From NCBI GenBank assembly GCA_038889075.1, contig JAWAHS010000001.1, forward strand, positions 279,764-343,763: 64,000 nucleotides of DNA, written 5' to 3'. This DNA is from Ignisphaera sp. (GTDB taxonomy: Archaea; Thermoproteota; Thermoprotei_A; Sulfolobales; Ignisphaeraceae). Of this stretch, positions 43,224 through 52,311 are shown in pieces. The stretch's first letter is position 1. Every line of letters starts with the position of its first letter. A program made the position numbers and the translations under genes. Below the pieces are notes generated by a model. The model was not told where the DNA came from, did not search any database, and saw only the letters and a program-made list of their open reading frames with translations.

Positions 43224-44624
43224 GTGTACATATTGAATAGAGCTAGTGACAGTCTCATCAATGTGTATAGAGATAAAATATTACACGGCCCGATATATCG
43301 GGTTCTAATCTGGCTTGGGCTACCTGTAGTTTTGGTTCAACTTGTCAATATATCCTACAATATTGCTGATGCATTCTGGCTCTCACAATACTCAACAGTT
43401 ACTTTAGCGGTACCAAGGCAGGTTTGGCCAACGTTTATGGTTTTTCAAGCGCTAGCCATAGCCTTAGGTGCAGCAAATCAAAGCCTTATTTCACAGTATA
43501 TTGGTGCAAAAATGTATAATGAGGCAGCTAGGGTCATCAAACAATACATTACCGTTTCAACATCGTTCGGCATTATTTTTGGCACATCCTACTACCTGCT
43601 TAGGCCCCTACTATTTTCATCTATAATGACTGTACCGCAGGAAATCTATAATGATGTGCTGAGCTACTCCAGTGTAATTACAATAGATCTTACAACAAGT
43701 TACTTTGGACTGTGTTTTACTACGATTCTTCAAAGTATTGGCGATACCAGGAGGCCTGCCATAATTAATGGCATATCAGCCTTAGTTAACATTATTTTAG
43801 ATCCCTTTATGATACTGGGTATAGGACCTTTTCCTAGAATGGGTGTAATGGGTGCCGCAATAGCAACCGTTGTAGCACGTATATCTGGAGGTGCAATTCT
43901 TGTTTACATGACCATCAAAAGGTTTTCGTTTTTAGGAATGCCGTTTACTAGTAGCATAGATGTATTCTGGATTAAATCGATGATCCGCATAGGTCTTCCA
44001 ATTCTAATAATGAATGTACTTAACAGTACAGCATTCATGTTCCAACTCAGACTCATTAATACTTTTGGTATTGCTGCCTCTACTGCCTGGGGTATAGGAT
44101 TCACTGTTATAGATCTGGCTGACGCTGTAATGTGGGGATTAACACAGGCTACAGCCATTGCCATAGGACAGTGTCTTGGAGCCCAGGAAATCTCCAGAGC
44201 TAAATTAGTTGCAAAAGCTTCAAACATAATCATAGGTTTAAGCCTTATGATTGGAAGCATACTAACATATATAGTTAGGAGAAATATCGTATCTCTATTC
44301 CTATCCAATGACGATCCACTTTCGTTAGCTATATACATTGAAACTGAGAAATTCCTTCTATGGGCACTCGGAACATTACCATTCTTTGGATTGTTCTTTG
44401 TCGGTATGTCCGTTGGAAGGGGATCCGGCCATACACTCTATCCAACCATAATAGGTATTGTACGACTCTGGATTATAAGAATAGGCCTTGGATATATACT
44501 TTCCTCCTACTTAGGATCGAGTGGAGTATGGATAGCATTTGGTCTAAGTAACATATTCTCAGGTGTAGCCTCCCTTATATGGGTCAATGGTGGAAAATGG
44601 GCAAAACCGATTATAAAAAGATAG
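43224..44624 (+). CDS. MATE family efflux transporter
   Basis: YNIAD, GDTRRP..N..LDP and GAAIAT motifs; about 12 TM. Confidence 0.93.
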   Translation: MYILNRASDSLINVYRDKILHGPIYRVLIWLGLPVVLVQLVNISYNIADAFWLSQYSTVTLAVPRQVWPTFMVFQALAIALGAANQSLISQYIGAKMYNEAARVIKQYITVSTSFGIIFGTSYYLLRPLLFSSIMTVPQEIYNDVLSYSSVITIDLTTSYFGLCFTTILQSIGDTRRPAIINGISALVNIILDPFMILGIGPFPRMGVMGAAIATVVARISGGAILVYMTIKRFSFLGMPFTSSIDVFWIKSMIRIGLPILIMNVLNSTAFMFQLRLINTFGIAASTAWGIGFTVIDLADAVMWGLTQATAIAIGQCLGAQEISRAKLVAKASNIIIGLSLMIGSILTYIVRRNIVSLFLSNDDPLSLAIYIETEKFLLWALGTLPFFGLFFVGMSVGRGSGHTLYPTIIGIVRLWIIRIGLGYILSSYLGSSGVWIAFGLSNIFSGVASLIWVNGGKWAKPIIKR

Positions 44625-44726
44625 TGATACCTCTAACTTGAACAAAATGGTAGTGTCGAAAGTTGAATGGAGTCCCTCCTAAGAATGGAGTAGATTAAAA
44701 TTCCTGCAATACTGCTTATAAACTGA

Positions 44727-45578
44727 TTGTTATGCTATTCTGATACCCTGGTGCAGGGTTTGTCATCATATGATGCATGGATATTAACATTGGGTACAGA
44801 GGTTGTTCAAGGGAGAGTTATAAATACAAATGCATCATACCTTGGCAGAAGACTTACACTACTCGGTTTTAGAGTTGTCGGAAATGTGTCACTAATAGAT
44901 GATGTTAATATCATTGCTAAATACATAACGATAATTTTAGATGAGAAACCTAGTGTTATAGTAACAACGGGAGGTCTCGGTCCTACATATGACGACAGAA
45001 CATTAGAGGCTATAGCTAAAGCATTGAATAAAGAGCTCGTTTTAAACAGCGATGCCTTCAATATGGTTAAGAAAAAGTATGAGACTAGAAATCTACCCTT
45101 AACTGAGGAGAGAATTAAAATGGCCTACCTACCTAACGGTGGTATTGCTATACCAAATCCTATAGGTACTGCACCTGGATGTTGGCTTGAGATAGGAAAT
45201 TCCATTATAGTTTCACTACCAGGTGTACCTCAGGAAATGGAGGCAATGTGGGAATCGTGGGTTGAACCAAGAATTAGATTAATCGGTCCTCCAGTACGTG
45301 TGGCTGAAATCCTACTAAAGATTATAGGTGTTCCTGAATCGTCTCTCGCACCAATAATAAAGAATGTACTTAAGCAAAGCCCATCTGAAGTCTACATAAA
45401 ATCGCATCCAAAAGGCGAAGAACTAGGAAAACCTGTAATAGAACTTTATATAATGTCTTCGAATAGAGATAGAGAAAGAGCTGTAGAAATTGCTGAAAAT
45501 ATAGCTAATAGAATATTAGATAGTATAAGAAAGGGATTTGAGGCCTCAATAGAAATCCTGTATAGAAATATAACATAG
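44727..45578 (+). CDS. CinA N-terminal-like (molybdopterin-binding domain) protein
   Basis: GTEV..G..INTN, TGGLGPTYDD, NPIGTAPG and LPGVP.EM motifs. Confidence 0.88.
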   Translation: MLCYSDTLVQGLSSYDAWILTLGTEVVQGRVINTNASYLGRRLTLLGFRVVGNVSLIDDVNIIAKYITIILDEKPSVIVTTGGLGPTYDDRTLEAIAKALNKELVLNSDAFNMVKKKYETRNLPLTEERIKMAYLPNGGIAIPNPIGTAPGCWLEIGNSIIVSLPGVPQEMEAMWESWVEPRIRLIGPPVRVAEILLKIIGVPESSLAPIIKNVLKQSPSEVYIKSHPKGEELGKPVIELYIMSSNRDRERAVEIAENIANRILDSIRKGFEASIEILYRNIT

Positions 45579-45887
45579 CAATCCAACTGATGCCTCAAAA
45601 TTTGATGGTGAAGAACCATTAAGTTAGCAAATCCCAGAGATATATCACTAAAGTTCTACATGTTATTGGAAAATTATGAGCTACGCATAGTTGTTCTCTA
45701 AATATAGGCTAGAAAAGTTATGCTTAGACCTTCTGCACGGATTAGGGATTAATATGAGGATAGGAAAATCCGTCAATGGAGCTATACAGAAATGTGTACA
45801 CTACACCTTCACCTTTAGGATACTATTGTTATAAACCATAGCAAAATTTTTATAGTCTATCATTACATTTATTAATAGGGTAAGATA

Positions 45888-46427
45888 ATGGAGCCGCAAA
45901 AATATACTGAATTGTATATAGAATTCCTCAGAACTAGAAGAAGCATTAGAAGATATAGAGAAGAGCCTGTCCCGATGGATTTAATATACAAAATCCTTGA
46001 TACTGCTAGATACGCTCCTAGTGCAAGGAATACGCAGCCATGGGAATTTATAGTAGTTACAGACAAAGAAGTTAAGGATAGACTCGCAGGAGTTTATTCC
46101 TGGCCTCAGCCAATAAGAGGAGCTCCTGTAGGAGTAGTAGTCGTATGCGACTCTAAATTATCGCCGTATACATATCAACAGGACTGTGCAAATGTAATAA
46201 ACTATATAATGCTTGCGGCACATGCATATGGACTTGGAACGGTATGGCAAGGTCTATTGAAAGATGAAGAGAAGTTGCAAGTTCAGCAGATTCTAAATAT
46301 ACCACGTGAAAAGATACCAATAGCAATAATAGCCCTAGGTTGGCCAGCTGAAAAACCTGAAGCAAGACCAAGGAAACCGCTAGAGGAGATTACATACATT
46401 AATCTATATGGTAATAAACTGAAGTAG
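45888..46427 (+). CDS. Nitroreductase family protein
   Basis: RRSIRRY, APSARNTQPW, LAA...GLGT and RK motifs. Confidence 0.93.
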   Translation: MEPQKYTELYIEFLRTRRSIRRYREEPVPMDLIYKILDTARYAPSARNTQPWEFIVVTDKEVKDRLAGVYSWPQPIRGAPVGVVVVCDSKLSPYTYQQDCANVINYIMLAAHAYGLGTVWQGLLKDEEKLQVQQILNIPREKIPIAIIALGWPAEKPEARPRKPLEEITYINLYGNKLK

Positions 46428-46688
46428 TGATTTTAACCAATATAATCTGACATATTTTTATTATACTTATCGCATCTGTATACTTCTAATATTTAGTAGG
46501 AGTTTTCGGATTGTTTATAGAAATGCTTGTGGTTAAATAGTAATTGGAAGTAATTGGATGTTAATTTTACATTTTAAAGAATATGGAATTCTTTTGTAGA
46601 TGGTTCTTATTGATTTGAAAAATTTTATATCTCTGGAGACCCAAAGTATAATGAACTCGTTAATGAGCAGTTACGTTACGGTAAGAAC

Positions 46689-46970
46689 ATGAAAACTGTT
46701 AAAATAATTGTAAGGGGCGTACTCAGAGGTACAGGTTTTAAGGCTCATATATACTTGCTTGCTAAGAAACTTAGATTAAGAGGCTATATAGTAGATGAAG
46801 ATGAAGATAGAGAGCTCATATGCATTGAAGGTGAGGAAGCTCAAGTTGATGAATTTTTAAAAAATATCGACAGGGGACCTCCATTTACATTGATCAACAG
46901 CATAATTGTTTTAGAGGCTAAGGAATCTTGCAATACTCCAACATTTGAAGCGTACTATAGGGAGTTCTAG
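46689..46970 (+). CDS. Acylphosphatase-fold protein with degenerate active site
   Basis: V.G..GTGF...A..L.LRG...IEG...GPP pattern. Confidence 0.75.
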   Translation: MKTVKIIVRGVLRGTGFKAHIYLLAKKLRLRGYIVDEDEDRELICIEGEEAQVDEFLKNIDRGPPFTLINSIIVLEAKESCNTPTFEAYYREF

Positions 46971-47211
46971 ATGCTATCGAATTAAATTTAAATTAATTTT
47001 CTAGCTATAATCTGCGCTATAAGATCTACTTTTCCTTCCTACTTCTATAAGAGGTTTAAAATTGATCTCTATAGAATAAGATCTTCAGGATCTATGCCTA
47101 GTAAAATTCATCATAGCAACTCATCTAATATATCCTAGTAGAGAATTTCTTTGTGTACGGACTATAGCTGAAGGAAGGCTTCTCTATATCCTCAAGCCAA
47201 ATCTTGTGACT

Positions 47212-47490
47212 CTATTTTTTTCTCGCTACCCTTTTTCTACCTCTACCTCTTATCGTGGATGTTGAAACTTTTGGCTGTAAAATTAAACTGTTATAGAGGT
47301 TGTCCAACATTTTCTTAGCTTCTTCAATATTTATTTCATTACTTACTAGTTTATCCCAAATCTCACCACGAGTTAGAAAAAACTCCAATTCCAATGGACT
47401 TAGCTCTATAAGTTCTATTTCCTCAACCTCTTCCTCAGCTTGCGGTTCACTTGGAATCTCCTCTGCTATTGTATGTTCCTCTTCATACAT
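47212..47490 (-). CDS. rpo13: RNA polymerase subunit Rpo13
   Basis: Acidic N-terminus, EIWDKLV...INIEEAKK core and basic tail, as in Sulfolobus Rpo13. Confidence 0.85.
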   Translation of the reverse strand: MYEEEHTIAEEIPSEPQAEEEVEEIELIELSPLELEFFLTRGEIWDKLVSNEINIEEAKKMLDNLYNSLILQPKVSTSTIRGRGRKRVARKK

Positions 47491-47844
47491 ATAGTATGCA
47501 CCACATAAATATTAAATGATAGTGATGTCATATAGTAACTTTCAACAGGCCCTTTAAAGTTTTATGAAGTTTGGATTTTAAACAGCTTTGTACCTTAACA
47601 ACAAGTAGTGATTATACTATTTAAGCTTTAATTTCAAAATATTTAGTAACTTAGATTAAAGTGATTCGCTGAGGTATGGATCATGGGTGGCAAACAGAGA
47701 ACTAGTCTATTCATTGTAAAAAATGTTCAAGGGGAAGAGAGGGAAAAAGCTAAAAAGCAGAAACAGAGCAGTAAGTAATCTACATAGTATAGAGCGTCTA
47801 TAAGCGAATGTTATGTCTAAAAATGTAGCTGAAGGTAGAAAAAC

Positions 47845-48870
47845 ATGGCTCATAGAAAAACGAGTGCACCTAAACGTGGTAGCCTTGGTGTAAGACCTAG
47901 GAAACGTGCTAGCGAATTCATACCTACTATTAAAAGCTGGCCTAATATCAACGTTAATAATCCGCTACTTCTAGGCTTCTTAGGATACAAGGTCGGTATG
48001 ACACATGTAATTGTGATAGATGATAGACCAGGGTCACCTACCGAGGGGAGAGAAATATTTATACCTGTTACAATAGTAGAGGTACCTCCTATGATACCCA
48101 TAGCTCTAAGAGTATATGGTGCAAATGGTTATGGAGGTTTGCGTGTTATGCAAGATGTGTGGATTGAACCTCCTGAAGAGCTCGAAATATGGCGTCGTAT
48201 CTCCACATACAGGCCTACTAGTAACATAGATGATAGAATTGATATTATTAAAAATAACATTGGGTCGATAAAACGAGTGAGCTTAGTATTAGCATCAAAT
48301 GTCAAAAATGCAGGGGGCTTAGACAAGAAAACTCCAGATATAGTTGAGATATGTGTAGGTGGTGGAAATATGGATGAACGGGTTAATTATGCTATCAATT
48401 TATTGGGTAAGCATGTAACTGTGGATCAAGTATTCCAGGCTGGACAGTTCGTAGATGTTATAAGTATAACTAAAGGTAAAGGATTCCAAGGAGTTGTAAA
48501 GAGATTTGGTGTTAAAGAGCTACCCAGATGGCACAAGCATAGGAAAGGAAGCAGAAGAATTGGTAGTAGAAGCCCAACAGTTGGAGCTCTATCTGAAGTA
48601 CCCCAACCGGGTCAGATGGGATTCCATAGAAGGACCGAATATAATAAGAGGATAGTAATGATTGGTGAAGATGGCTACACAATTACTCCAGCTGGAGGCT
48701 TTCCACACTACGGTGTTGTTAAATCCAGATGGCTTATGCTATGGGGAAGTATACCGGGAGTTCCCAAGCGTCCAATTGTTTTAAGATGGCCTATAAGACC
48801 CCCTACATGGAGGCCTAAAGCAGCACCACAAGTAATTTACATTAGTTTAGGAGGCAAAACTGCGGGGTAG
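47845..48870 (+). CDS. rpl3: 50S ribosomal protein L3
   Basis: PKRGSLG.RPRKR, GYKVGMTH, TKGKGFQG and GQMGFHRRT motifs. Confidence 0.98.
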   Translation: MAHRKTSAPKRGSLGVRPRKRASEFIPTIKSWPNINVNNPLLLGFLGYKVGMTHVIVIDDRPGSPTEGREIFIPVTIVEVPPMIPIALRVYGANGYGGLRVMQDVWIEPPEELEIWRRISTYRPTSNIDDRIDIIKNNIGSIKRVSLVLASNVKNAGGLDKKTPDIVEICVGGGNMDERVNYAINLLGKHVTVDQVFQAGQFVDVISITKGKGFQGVVKRFGVKELPRWHKHRKGSRRIGSRSPTVGALSEVPQPGQMGFHRRTEYNKRIVMIGEDGYTITPAGGFPHYGVVKSRWLMLWGSIPGVPKRPIVLRWPIRPPTWRPKAAPQVIYISLGGKTAG

Positions 48871-48874
48871 GTTT

Positions 48875-49693
48875 ATGAAAGAGGGATATTTATTGATGTA
48901 TCCTATTGCAAAACGTCAGGCATCGCTATTCGACTTAAATGGCGATTTTATAGAGTTTATAGAGCTACCTCTAATCTTTAGCTATCCCGTGAGAATTGAT
49001 ATAATAAGAAGGGCAGTTCATTCAGCGTTTACTGCAAAAATACAGATAAAGGCTAGGGATCCTTTGGCTGGCAAGAGGAGAGTTGGTGAATCGTGGGGAA
49101 TAGGATATAGCGTTGCTAGAGTACCTAGATTAAGCAATGGAAGAGCCGTGCTAGCACCTAATGTTGTTGGTGGAAGAAGACAATTTGCACCAACCGTATT
49201 TGAAAGGATACATGAAGAGATAAATAGAAAGGAAATGAGGTTGGCTATAATATCGGCCCTGGCAGCCCTTGCAGATAGGGGCTTTGTCTTAAAACGTGGC
49301 TATATATTGCCAGATAAAATAAGGACTGTTCCAATAGTCGTAGTTGATGATTTTGAAAATCTCGCCACAACAAAGCAAGTAAAAGAATACCTTAAAAAAT
49401 TAGAACTTTGGAATAACATTGTAAGGGCTCAGAAAAGAATAAGAATAAGAGCAGGTAAAGGTAAGATGAGGGGTCGGAGATATATAACACCTAAAAGTCT
49501 TCTTTTCATAATTTCATCAGCTAAAAGCCCAGTAACACGAGCTATACGTAACCTGCCAGGGGCAGATTACCTTACACCTGATAATCTGAATATACTTAAA
49601 CTAGCGCCTGGAGGACTACCAGGAAGATTAGCTATAATCTCTCAAAAAGCATTAAAGCTTATAGAGAGAAGATATGTGGTTGAAAAACCATGA
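48875..49693 (+). CDS. rpl4: 50S ribosomal protein L4
   Basis: ESWG.G..VARVPR, RAGKGKMRGR and LAPGG.PGRL motifs. Confidence 0.97.
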   Translation: MKEGYLLMYPIAKRQASLFDLNGDFIEFIELPLIFSYPVRIDIIRRAVHSAFTAKIQIKARDPLAGKRRVGESWGIGYSVARVPRLSNGRAVLAPNVVGGRRQFAPTVFERIHEEINRKEMRLAIISALAALADRGFVLKRGYILPDKIRTVPIVVVDDFENLATTKQVKEYLKKLELWNNIVRAQKRIRIRAGKGKMRGRRYITPKSLLFIISSAKSPVTRAIRNLPGADYLTPDNLNILKLAPGGLPGRLAIISQKALKLIERRYVVEKP

Positions 49694-49965
49694 GTAATGA
49701 AAACAGATCTGCAGCAACCAATACAATAATAAGCATTGTTACAACTGAAAAAGCGTATATTCTTGCAGAAAAGTATAACTATCTCACAGTAAAAACCTAT
49801 AGAAACCTCAATAAAAAGCAGCTAAAAGATTTTATAGAAAGATCATATAATGTAAAGGTAGTTAAAGTAAATACTCTCATTGATAGGGATGGTTATAAAA
49901 AAGCTTACGTAAAGCTAGCACCTGAGAATCGAGCCCTAGATATCATTGAGAGAGCATCGAGGTGA
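49690..49965 (+). CDS. rpl23: 50S ribosomal protein L23
   Basis: TEKA, VKVVKVNTL and GYKKAYVKL motifs; follows L4. Confidence 0.95.
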   Translation: MSNENRSAATNTIISIVTTEKAYILAEKYNYLTVKTYRNLNKKQLKDFIERSYNVKVVKVNTLIDRDGYKKAYVKLAPENRALDIIERASR

Positions 49966-49992
49966 CAATGATACTGTAATCTCCTAAAAGAA

Positions 49993-50050
49993 GTAGATGA
50001 TGTTTCTGCCGAGTACTGAATAAATGATGAAAGGATTCCCTAACTGAAAA
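49993..50050 (+). ncRNA. C/D-box guide sRNA
   Basis: C-like ATGATGT (49997), D' CTGA (50016), C' ATGATGA (50024), D CTGA (50044), with 12-13 nt guides. Confidence 0.75.
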
Positions 50051-50055
50051 CTCAT

Positions 50056-50352
50056 ATGGTTTGTGAAATGCCGGATAAGAATTCAAGGACGCAATACATT
50101 AATGTATTCCTATTATGCGCTGATGCTAGTATAATTAAGGCATTAAGTGATGCTATAAACAAATTATGTATGGACAATACGTGTACATATAGTATTATAC
50201 AGAGCAAGGTTGTGGATAAATTTTTCTATATAAAGGTACAACCATTAGCTATGGAAGATCTTGAAAATATAAGAAAATCGCTATCGTTACTCATGAACGA
50301 GCATAAAGATTCTGTGTCTTGGTATAAAATTGAAGTAGTAGAAATTAGATAA
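50056..50352 (+). CDS. Small hypothetical protein
   Basis: 98 aa ORF; alpha/beta pattern possibly ferredoxin-like. Confidence 0.6.
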   Translation: MVCEMPDKNSRTQYINVFLLCADASIIKALSDAINKLCMDNTCTYSIIQSKVVDKFFYIKVQPLAMEDLENIRKSLSLLMNEHKDSVSWYKIEVVEIR

Positions 50353-50385
50353 ATAAGAATAAGAAATTTTAATTCGTATACACAT

Positions 50386-50562
50386 TTACTGTGATTCATT
50401 TCCATCAATGACTACGAAAACCAGAGATAGTATTACCACTCCAATTAATAGAGGAATGTGAATATACAATTCCTCACCACTTATGTTGAAAAGCATTGAT
50501 AAAAATAGTAACAGTATAATTATGTTAAACACGATTATTCTTCTTCTTAGATCTTCGAGCAT
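50386..50562 (-). CDS. Small 2-TM protein, CedA2-like by position
   Basis: ATG overlaps the cedA stop (TGATG); 58 aa with two TM helices. Confidence 0.6.
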   Translation of the reverse strand: MLEDLRRRIIVFNIIILLLFLSMLFNISGEELYIHIPLLIGVVILSLVFVVIDGNESQ

Positions 50563-51965
50563 CAGAGAAGCACCCGAATTTTGCCTGAAGCCCCAATAAG
50601 TCTTGATAATCCCCAACTAATTGATGTAAGTAGCGATAAGAACATCAATGATGCAATTAGATCGATGTACGCTATTCTAGCAATTTCATTTAACATGTCT
50701 GCAAAGAAAGCATTATCTACAGAAAACATCTGCTGAATAGTAGCATATGAATATGCTTCGCTAGGCTCTACGAATAATCTGTCATTTAATCTCATCTTAA
50801 TTTCAATAATGTGCGATCCTTGTGGTATGTTTATAATGTAGGTACTTCCCATTAGATCATACCAATACCACTGATATGAAGTGAAACCATCCATAGAGGC
50901 ACTGGTAGCATTATCTATGGTAACCTCTATGATGCTATATGCATCAACAATGGATATAAATAATTCTGAATCGAATTGCGAATCTATAGTCAACTTTATA
51001 TATTCCCCTGTAAAGATTGCGAGTGAAACATTGCTTACCTTAGGCAATATGTGAAGTGCTATTCCATTGCTATACATTATTAGACCTTTTACCTGTATAT
51101 CAATCCTACACAAATCTAGATAAAATTCTCTATCAATGTTTTGAAAACACACATCGTGTAAGTTAATGTTACTTATATTTGTATAGAATTGATGACCAAC
51201 TACATCGAAGTATATAGTTGTAGGTGAGGAAAGCATCTTAGAATTGGTTGTAAAAAAAATGTAGTTACTAGAATATAGCGGTACTGGACCTATATAAGAA
51301 TCCTTTATCTCAATACCTATGTATCCATCACTAATTGGCTGTCCAAATTCATTTATTATAGAACCATAGATTATGGGTGTTTCTAGTGGTGTTGACGGGG
51401 AATAGAGCAATATTCGATAGAAGCTAGGATATAGAGGAAGTGCAATATAGAATACTAGAGCAAAGGAAAATATGAATGCACCAGCATTTCTAGCTATCCT
51501 AAATGGTATAGCCATTAAAAATATCCCCAGTGATGATAGTAGCCATATACCTCTGTAAACCACTGTAGCAATGGAATATAGCAACATATTAGAATACAAT
51601 GAAGTGAGAATGGGATTTGTTATCAATGTTATGAGTCTATTTATGCCTGGCAGAAATTTAGAAAAAATGTTACTGAATATGCTAAATAGGAAAACTATCA
51701 CAGTTCTAAATGCTATTACCGACTTTATCTGCAATAGAAAAGCTTCCCAGCTACCACCAGCTAAAGCTCTGAGGTATTCAGCAACATTTACTATTGTATT
51801 CAATGAAAGGGTTAAAATGGCTATAAAGAATGCATCAGTTATTAATTTTGGCCCCCATTTCTTTAAACCAGTAAGTGGTATTGGCAACGCATATATGAGT
51901 ACCCCCAGATAGAATGTAAGTATCGATAGATAATAGGCTATGAGTAGTAGGTGCATTTCTACCAT
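50562..51965 (-). CDS. cedA: CedA-like DNA-import membrane protein with long C-terminal domain
   Basis: TFYLGVLIYALPIP..GLKKWGPKLITDA and LG..LMAIPFRIAR..GA..Y.ALP match crenarchaeal CedA. Confidence 0.85.
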   Translation of the reverse strand: MVEMHLLLIAYYLSILTFYLGVLIYALPIPLTGLKKWGPKLITDAFFIAILTLSLNTIVNVAEYLRALAGGSWEAFLLQIKSVIAFRTVIVFLFSIFSNIFSKFLPGINRLITLITNPILTSLYSNMLLYSIATVVYRGIWLLSSLGIFLMAIPFRIARNAGAFIFSFALVFYIALPLYPSFYRILLYSPSTPLETPIIYGSIINEFGQPISDGYIGIEIKDSYIGPVPLYSSNYIFFTTNSKMLSSPTTIYFDVVGHQFYTNISNINLHDVCFQNIDREFYLDLCRIDIQVKGLIMYSNGIALHILPKVSNVSLAIFTGEYIKLTIDSQFDSELFISIVDAYSIIEVTIDNATSASMDGFTSYQWYWYDLMGSTYIINIPQGSHIIEIKMRLNDRLFVEPSEAYSYATIQQMFSVDNAFFADMLNEIARIAYIDLIASLMFLSLLTSISWGLSRLIGASGKIRVLL

Positions 51966-51980
51966 CGAAGCACTATATTT

Positions 51981-52262
51981 CTATGATATTTGCGGCATAG
52001 GTGGTTGCGGATATGCATTGCCTAAAAACGATGAGATGTACGTTATTAGCCAGAATACTGAAGTTCCTATAGCTACCCAAAATGCACCCCATATAGCATC
52101 TTCAATAAGTCCTTGACCTATCCTCCGAGTTTTCCCCATCGGTATTGGAGACCCCTTAATAGCCCAGCCTATAATCCATGTTAATAAAAAGAGGAGCCAA
52201 GACACCATAACAGTTTTATTTATAAGATCTTTTATTAAATTTATGATATCCATAGATAGCAC
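51981..52262 (-). CDS. cedA1: CedA1 pilin-like DNA-import protein
   Basis: WIIGWAIKGSPIP...RRIGQGLIEDAIWGAFWVAIG signature; directly upstream of cedA. Confidence 0.88.
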   Translation of the reverse strand: MLSMDIINLIKDLINKTVMVSWLLFLLTWIIGWAIKGSPIPMGKTRRIGQGLIEDAIWGAFWVAIGTSVFWLITYISSFLGNAYPQPPMPQIS

Positions 52263-52311
52263 CCATAGTAAAACTGAATTAATAAAACGTTAAATGGCTA
52301 TATCTATATGA

